Assembly: GCA_963823655.1 (NCBI GenBank)
Contig: CAWGMK010000003.1
Location: 1-21,665 of the forward strand
DNA: 21,665 nt
Direction: 5' to 3'
Origin: an uncultured Bacillota bacterium
GTDB taxonomy: Bacteria; Bacillota; DTU025; MWDF01
The notes under the pieces were generated by a model. That model was not told the DNA's origin. It worked only from the letters and a program-made list of their open reading frames with translations, and did no database searches. Both the position numbers and the translations under genes were made by a program. This document shows positions 16,567 through 21,665 of this stretch, one piece after another (positions within the stretch are counted from its first letter, which is position 1; the number at the start of each line of letters is the position of its first letter).

Positions 16567-16905
16567 TTACAAAGTAATTATAGTGTAACCTTCGTCAATG
16601 TAGCTGGCCATCGGGGGATGGCCGCTCATATCCCCGTTCAATTTGTAGCCGTTCGCCTCAAGGTAATCGTGTGCGCCAGTTGCCCTTGAGCATGCTTTGC
16701 AGACACAGTCTATTAGGCCCTCCTCCTTGGCTTTTAGAAGCAGGCTTCCCTTTGCCTCATCCATGTCTTTCAAGGTCTTGGTGGCAGTACCCTCGACAAC
16801 TATAAGGGCTTCATGCCCCCCCTTCCTTAATTCCAGCGCGTTAAGGATCACATGCGAAAAGCACATTGTCTCGCCCTTGAAGGCGAAGAATGCGAACTTG
16901 CCCAT
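16567..16905 (-). CDS. DsrE-like family protein
   Basis: 112 aa with FAFKGE.MCF.H.ILNAL, IVVEG, DCVCKAC and GHP....YI.EGY.IITL. AGGAGG RBS. Confidence 0.75.
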   Translation of the reverse strand: MGKFAFFAFKGETMCFSHVILNALELRKGGHEALIVVEGTATKTLKDMDEAKGSLLLKAKEEGLIDCVCKACSRATGAHDYLEANGYKLNGDMSGHPPMASYIDEGYTIITL

Positions 16906-17054
16906 GATCAGCCCTCCTTTTATGTAAAAATCGATTGCATGTCGTATTATTGTATAGTTTAATATTTCTGCATTACATGGGATTCACCTGCAAGCGCAAA
17001 ACGGTCCCTGCAATTGACTTAGCCTGCCGTAATGGCAGGGCATGAGGAGAAACC

Positions 17055-17864
17055 ATGGGAGAAAATGATGTAATCGGCCTTTCTGCGCAGCCCTGGTCAT
17101 CGGCCGATGTGGAGTCCATGTCAAGGCTGCTCGGAATAGGCGAAGGGGATACGGTCATCGTCCACACCAAGATGTCCTCGATGGGCTGGGTCTGCGGCGG
17201 AGCGCAGGCGGTCATCGAGGGTCTTGTAGCGGCAGTCGGCGAATCCGGAACGCTTGTGCTTCCCGCGCATTCAGGCGGCAACAGCGATCCTTCTTTCTGG
17301 AGCAACCCTCCGGTGCCCGAGGCCTGGTGGGACAGGATACGAGAGACGATGCCCGCATTCGACCCCCGCAAGACTCCGATAAGAGGAGTGGGTTCCGTAC
17401 CGGAGCTTTTCAGGACATGGCCGGGCGCACTTCGCTCGAACCATCCCACCGCATCATTCGCGGCGCTGGGCAAGCAGGCCCTTTTCATTACTTCAGGCCA
17501 TGAATCGCTCATGGCGTTCGGCGAGGACTCCTCTCTTGCAAGAGTCTATGAGCTGGACGGCAAGGTCTTGCTGATAGGAGTCGGCCACGACAACAATACT
17601 TCCATGCATCTGGGCGAGTTCAGATCGGGTACCTGCAAGACCATGGTGCAGGGAGCGGCAATCATGAAGGACGGAAGGCGACAATGGGTCAGCTTCGATG
17701 AGATCGATATGGATTCGGACAGATTTCCCGCTATAGGAGCCGCTTTTGAAGAAGCCGGGGGCATCGTGTCCCGTGGCAAGATATGCCAGGCCGATTGCTT
17801 GCTGTTCAGGCAGAGAGCCATCGTGGACTTCACGGCAAGTTTCCTGCGGGCAATGAAGGAATAA
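17055..17864 (+). CDS. AAC(3) / YokD family N-acetyltransferase
   Basis: GD.VIVHTKMSSMGWVCGG, GTLVLP, DPS.WSNPPVPE.WW, RSNHPTASF, LLIGV..NNTSMH motifs of the Antibiotic_NAT family. Confidence 0.92.
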   Translation: MGENDVIGLSAQPWSSADVESMSRLLGIGEGDTVIVHTKMSSMGWVCGGAQAVIEGLVAAVGESGTLVLPAHSGGNSDPSFWSNPPVPEAWWDRIRETMPAFDPRKTPIRGVGSVPELFRTWPGALRSNHPTASFAALGKQALFITSGHESLMAFGEDSSLARVYELDGKVLLIGVGHDNNTSMHLGEFRSGTCKTMVQGAAIMKDGRRQWVSFDEIDMDSDRFPAIGAAFEEAGGIVSRGKICQADCLLFRQRAIVDFTASFLRAMKE

Positions 17865-17939
17865 GGCGGCTTTGTGTGGAATTTTCTTTAGGAACGAAGG
17901 CTTTCGGGCCCGGACTTAAGAATAGGTGGATTTGGACCT

Positions 17940-19558
17940 ATGACAGATACGATGCCAGCAAATGCACAGGAGCTTTTAAATCAGGCAGAGGTCCTAAGCC
18001 GGACCAGCACAAGCGCGGCAATCGCGAAGGCCAAGCTCGCCTACTCGGCTGCGCTCGATGCGAACGACCAGCTTACAAGGCTGAAGTCCCTGATAATGAT
18101 GGGGCGTTGCTCTTTCATGTCGGGCCGTACGGGCGATGCCATCAAATGGCTGTTGGAGTGCATCTCGACGGCGGATACCCTAAACATGCCCGAGCAGATG
18201 GCGGAGGCTTTCAATCAGCTTGGAAACACTTACCTGGTAATCAAGGACTACGGCAGGTCCATATCATGCTACCTTGACTCTCTGGATATCATGAAGGACA
18301 ACGGATTTGAAAGTATGGAAAGCCGCGTGCTGAACAATATCGGCGCGCTGTACCTTGATCTGGAGGATCTCGACCACGCCGCCGACTACTTCCAGCAATC
18401 CTATGAGATGGACGCATCCACATCCCAGAAATCCGTGATACTCCTTTTGAACCTGGCAAGCATCTACGCCAAGAAAAAGGCCTTCGAGAAGGCCGACTTC
18501 TATATGAAGAAGGCACAAGAGGCCCTTACCGAGCCTGAAGACCTGCTGATGCTGTCCTGGTTCTACCTGACAGACGGCGAGGTGGCCCAGGCGAAAGACG
18601 ACATAGAGGCCGCCATCAAGCATTACAAGGCCGCTTTCGATATATTGAGCAAGACGGGCGACGCCTTCAACGAATGCGACATGAGCATCAGGATAGGCCT
18701 GCTGCTGCTCGATGCGGGCAGGTGCGACGAGGCTCTTGAGGTCCTTCTGCAGACATACGAGAAATGCAACATGTTCAAAGTCCACGAAACCAGCAAGAAG
18801 ATAGCGGGGCTGATCGCCAGGTGCTACAGCAATGTTCGCGAGGACGATAAGGCCCTCAGATTCTATATACTCCAGAGCATGCACACCGAACAGTCCGAAA
18901 AGGAGCACATTGAAAACCAGAGGAAGAGCGTCCTTTTGCAGGTCCAGCAGCATGAGACCAACCTGGAAAGGCTCAGGCTCAAGCAGCTGAGCGAGGAGCT
19001 CATGAGGACCACCGACGAGCTCAAGGAGGCATATGCCACGCTGGAGAGGCAGGCGATAATCGACTCCCTTACCGGCATCAGGAACAGAAGGTCTATGGAT
19101 TCGCTGCTTGACTCGACGTGGAAGCAGTGCCAGGACGAGAGCTTGCCCTTTACTTTGATGCTTGTGGACCTGGACTGTTTCAAGAACTTCAACGACTATT
19201 ACGGCCATCCGGCCGGCGACGAAAACCTAAGGATAATCGCTTCCTGCCTAACCGAGGCCATCGGTGACGAGAGGCTCATCGGCAGGTACGGCGGTGACGA
19301 ATTCGTCGCCGTACTGCCCGACGTAAGCGGCGAAGAGGCAAGGAATATAGGCAACAAGATGCTGGATAATGTAAGGTCCAGAGAATCAAACACGAGCGCA
19401 ATGACGCTTCAAGCATACAGACTGTCACTGTCGGCGCAATATGCCTCGTCCCAAGCCGGGACGATGTCCCAGGTTCGGCCCTGCACATGGCGGATACCGC
19501 GCTGTACGACGGCAAAAAACAGGGCAAGGACAGGCTGGTCCTCTACTGCAGGGAATAG
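17940..19558 (+). CDS. TPR-repeat diguanylate cyclase (1-bp frameshift near 19380)
   Basis: TPR helices, a coiled coil, DSLTGIRNRR, DLDCFKNFNDYYGH..GD and RYGGDEF. The shifted frame after about 19381 gives RIKHERNDASSIQTVTVG...ADTALYDGKKQGKDRLV*, the normal GGDEF C-terminus, stopping at 19558. Confidence 0.9.
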
Positions 19559-19570
19559 GAGATGTAAAGC

Positions 19571-20035
19571 ATGCCCGATTTTATGGGAATTGCCATCGAA
19601 GAGGCCAAGGCCGGAGTCCTGAAGGGGCACGGCGGCCCATTCGGCGCTTGTATAGTAAAGGACGGAAAGCTGATTTCATCGGCGCATAACCAGGTCCTCA
19701 GATACAACGACCCCACCTTGCACGCTGAGATGCAGGCCATAAGCGAAGCTGCCAGAAAGCTGGGCCGCTTCGACCTGTCCGATTGCGAGCTATATACAAG
19801 CTGCGAGCCCTGCCCCATGTGCCTTGGCGCCATATACTGGTCGAGGATCAAGAAGGTCTACTTCGCCGGCACAAGGGACGACGCCGCAGACGCAGGCTTC
19901 GACGACAGGAAGTTCTATGAGGACATGGGAAGCGGCGGCTGCCCCGACGGCGTAGAGCTTAAACAGATCGACAGGGAACGCGCCATGGAGGCGTTCTCCT
20001 CATGGAACAGCAAACCGGACAGGAAGATATACTAA
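19571..20035 (+). CDS. guaD: Zn-dependent nucleoside deaminase, guanine deaminase (GuaD)-like
   Basis: GGPFGACIV, DPTLHAE, LYTSCEPCPMCLGAIYW, GFDD and a C-terminal Tyr, as in Bacillus-type GuaD. Confidence 0.8.
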   Translation: MPDFMGIAIEEAKAGVLKGHGGPFGACIVKDGKLISSAHNQVLRYNDPTLHAEMQAISEAARKLGRFDLSDCELYTSCEPCPMCLGAIYWSRIKKVYFAGTRDDAADAGFDDRKFYEDMGSGGCPDGVELKQIDRERAMEAFSSWNSKPDRKIY

Positions 20036-20054
20036 GCCGCATCAAGGAGGACAG

Positions 20055-20708
20055 TTGAAGCCGAAAGTCACCATATTCAGCATGATTACGCTCGACGCCG
20101 GCTATGTCTCCGGCTTACTTGACGTGGACTTGTACTATGAGGCCGGCTACGCGCTCGGGGCGGATGCCGTCATGGCAGGCGCCGACAGCATGCTCGAAGG
20201 GCTTGCGGGCTTCGGACAGGCTCCGTGCGATGAGACGCTTCCGGAAGAGAAACGTCACGACTTTAACCTTCCCTGGCTGGTCATAACCGACAGCCGCGCA
20301 AGGCTTATGGGCAAGCTGGGCCACTACAGGAATATGGAGTATGTACGAGACGTCCTGGTCCTGGTCTCAAAGGCGACGCCCAAAGAATATATCGATTACC
20401 TTGAGAAGAACTCATATGAATACTACGTATCGGGCGATGACAGGTGCGATATGTCAGAAGCCCTAGATCAGCTTAATTTGTATTGCCACATCGAGCATAT
20501 AAGGGTCGATGCCGTCGGCAGCCTTGCGGCTTCGCTGCTTAACGAGGGCCTGGCGGATGAGCTATGTGTAATCGTTGCCCCTTACTTGCTGCAATCCCCT
20601 TCTCTAAGGGCATTCGATGGCCTTAATAAAGACATCCGCCTCTTCCCGGTCTCGTCTGGGCCGCTTAGAAACGGCTACATGATCACTACGTACAAAATAG
20701 AAAAGTAG
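20055..20708 (+). CDS. RibD C-terminal / dihydrofolate reductase-like domain protein
   Basis: KPKVTIFSMITLDA, ADAVMAGADS, VITDSRAR, and LLNEGLADEL..IVAP. AAGGAGG RBS before TTG. Confidence 0.8.
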   Translation: MKPKVTIFSMITLDAGYVSGLLDVDLYYEAGYALGADAVMAGADSMLEGLAGFGQAPCDETLPEEKRHDFNLPWLVITDSRARLMGKLGHYRNMEYVRDVLVLVSKATPKEYIDYLEKNSYEYYVSGDDRCDMSEALDQLNLYCHIEHIRVDAVGSLAASLLNEGLADELCVIVAPYLLQSPSLRAFDGLNKDIRLFPVSSGPLRNGYMITTYKIEK

Positions 20709-20711
20709 CGG

Positions 20712-20779
20712 GAAGCAAGCGAAACGGCCCGGAGCATAATCTGCATTCACATGCCGGGCCGTACATTTTTGCGCGCTTC
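20712..20779. terminator. Hairpin between convergent genes, probable terminator
   Basis: ACGGCCCGG (20724-20732) pairs with CCGGGCCGT (20754-20762), with an outer GAAGC/GCTTC pair and T-rich sequence downstream. Confidence 0.55.
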
Positions 20780-20820
20780 GTTTTGTTTACCTACAATTAT
20801 TGCCACCTTCGCCGTTCGCC

Positions 20821-21665
20821 CTATAAGCCTGCCAGGGAGCCGAGGAAATCCTCGCAGATGTCCTTCTTGTCCTCTATTCCTACCGACACCCTTATCAAGC
20901 CCTCGCTGATGCCAAGCTTTAGCCTCTCCTGTTCGCCTAAGCCCCTGTGCGATGTTGATGCCGGGTGGCTCACTGTCGTAGCATAGCTTCCCAGGCTCGG
21001 GACGAATGAGGCCATCTTGAAGCCCGATATGAGCTTGTCCACGGCAGCCCTGCCGCCTTTGAGCTCAAAGCTGAGCATTCCGCCGAAACCGTTCTTAAGA
21101 AGCCTGTTTGCCGCGCTTCCCCGCTTGCGGCCCTCAATTCCGGGATAATATACCTTCTCTACCTTCTCCGACTTCTCAAGTGCCTGGGCAAGCGCTGCGG
21201 CGTTCTCGCAGTGCCTGGCCATCCTAACGCCAAGGGTCCTCATGCCCCTGAGCAACAGCCATGCCTCAAAGGGGGAAAGAACGGGGCCAAAGAGCGTCTT
21301 CGCGCTTCTTATGGCGTCAATCAGCTGCTTAAAATCTGCCGCCGACTCCCCCACCGATACCGTCCCCGCCATCACGTCATCATGCCCGTTCATATATTTC
21401 GTGCAGCTGTGAATGCTTATGTCCGCACCTAGTTCAAGCGGCTTCAGAAGCAATGGCGTGGCGAAAGTGTTGTCGACTGCAAGCAATGCGCCCGCGGCAT
21501 GGGCCAATTCCGCAAGCTTAGGTATATCGGCCACTTCCATCAACGGATTCGATATACACTCGCAGAACAACAGCCTGGCACCTGGCGCCAGCGCCTTTTC
21601 CACCGCCTTGAGGTCGGTGATGTCTACGAATTCCGCGCTCACGCCCCGCCTTTTATGCTCGGCAG
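20821..21665 (-). CDS. Cys/Met metabolism PLP-dependent enzyme (methionine gamma-lyase / cystathionine gamma-synthase family), 5' end outside the window
   Basis: E.ISNP, VDNTFATP, HSCTKYMNGHDD (PLP lysine), LLLRGMRTL, VYYPG, SLG, HPASTSH and IRVSVGIE. The frame is open to the window edge. Confidence 0.92.
   Translation of the reverse strand, partial: AEHKRRGVSAEFVDITDLKAVEKALAPGARLLFCECISNPLMEVADIPKLAELAHAAGALLAVDNTFATPLLLKPLELGADISIHSCTKYMNGHDDVMAGTVSVGESAADFKQLIDAIRSAKTLFGPVLSPFEAWLLLRGMRTLGVRMARHCENAAALAQALEKSEKVEKVYYPGIEGRKRGSAANRLLKNGFGGMLSFELKGGRAAVDKLISGFKMASFVPSLGSYATTVSHPASTSHRGLGEQERLKLGISEGLIRVSVGIEDKKDICEDFLGSLAGL

Noticed and set aside
16975-17045. c-di-GMP-I riboswitch or aminoglycoside-sensing leader before the AAC(3) gene
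   Set aside because: Only GCGCAAA and a short CCTGCC/GGCAGG hairpin are seen. The GGCAAA/GNRA P2 architecture is absent.
18264-19208. 314-aa antisense ORF (also 1058..1789, 5403..6047, 14999..15724 and other overlapping ORFs)
   Set aside because: These are shadows of well-supported genes on the opposite strand or in another frame, with no recognisable motifs.
1-21665. CRISPR array, tRNA/rRNA, IS/prophage, anti-phage defence system or selenocysteine read-through
   Set aside because: No regularly spaced repeats, cloverleafs, transposase/integrase/nuclease motifs, or in-frame TGA within conserved domains were seen.

Overview
A gene-dense chromosomal window of moderate GC, most likely from a Bacillota/Clostridia-type bacterium (GGAGG ribosome-binding sites, sigma-A-like promoters, BusR and clostridial Crp/Fnr homologs). 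It holds about 25 CDS. In order: a TetR-regulated three-gene ABC exporter operon with a small membrane protein and a DUF1905/OmdA protein; an FMN-binding protein, APH-like kinase, flavodoxin and S66/MccF-like peptidase; a BusR-like GntR-RCK_C regulator; a divergent cupin / Crp-Fnr pair; an extended SDR; a Na/Pi cotransporter; a stand-alone ArgZ/AgrE C-terminal (LOR/SDH-type) enzyme; a D-2-hydroxyacid dehydrogenase; a DsrE / tocopherol cyclase-like / class II CPD photolyase string; an AAC(3)/YokD acetyltransferase; a TPR-GGDEF, guanine deaminase and RibD_C trio; and a partial Cys/Met PLP enzyme. Five apparent single-base deletions break four genes (four of them in the first 2.2 kb), which suggests long-read errors or recent decay. 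No rRNA, tRNA, CRISPR, transposase or integrase was seen. I cannot support a clear-cut novel system. The best leads are the tocopherol cyclase-like/photolyase coupling, an HcpR2-like box at -41.5, a structured leader before the FMN-binding gene, and a pair of related intergenic hairpins.
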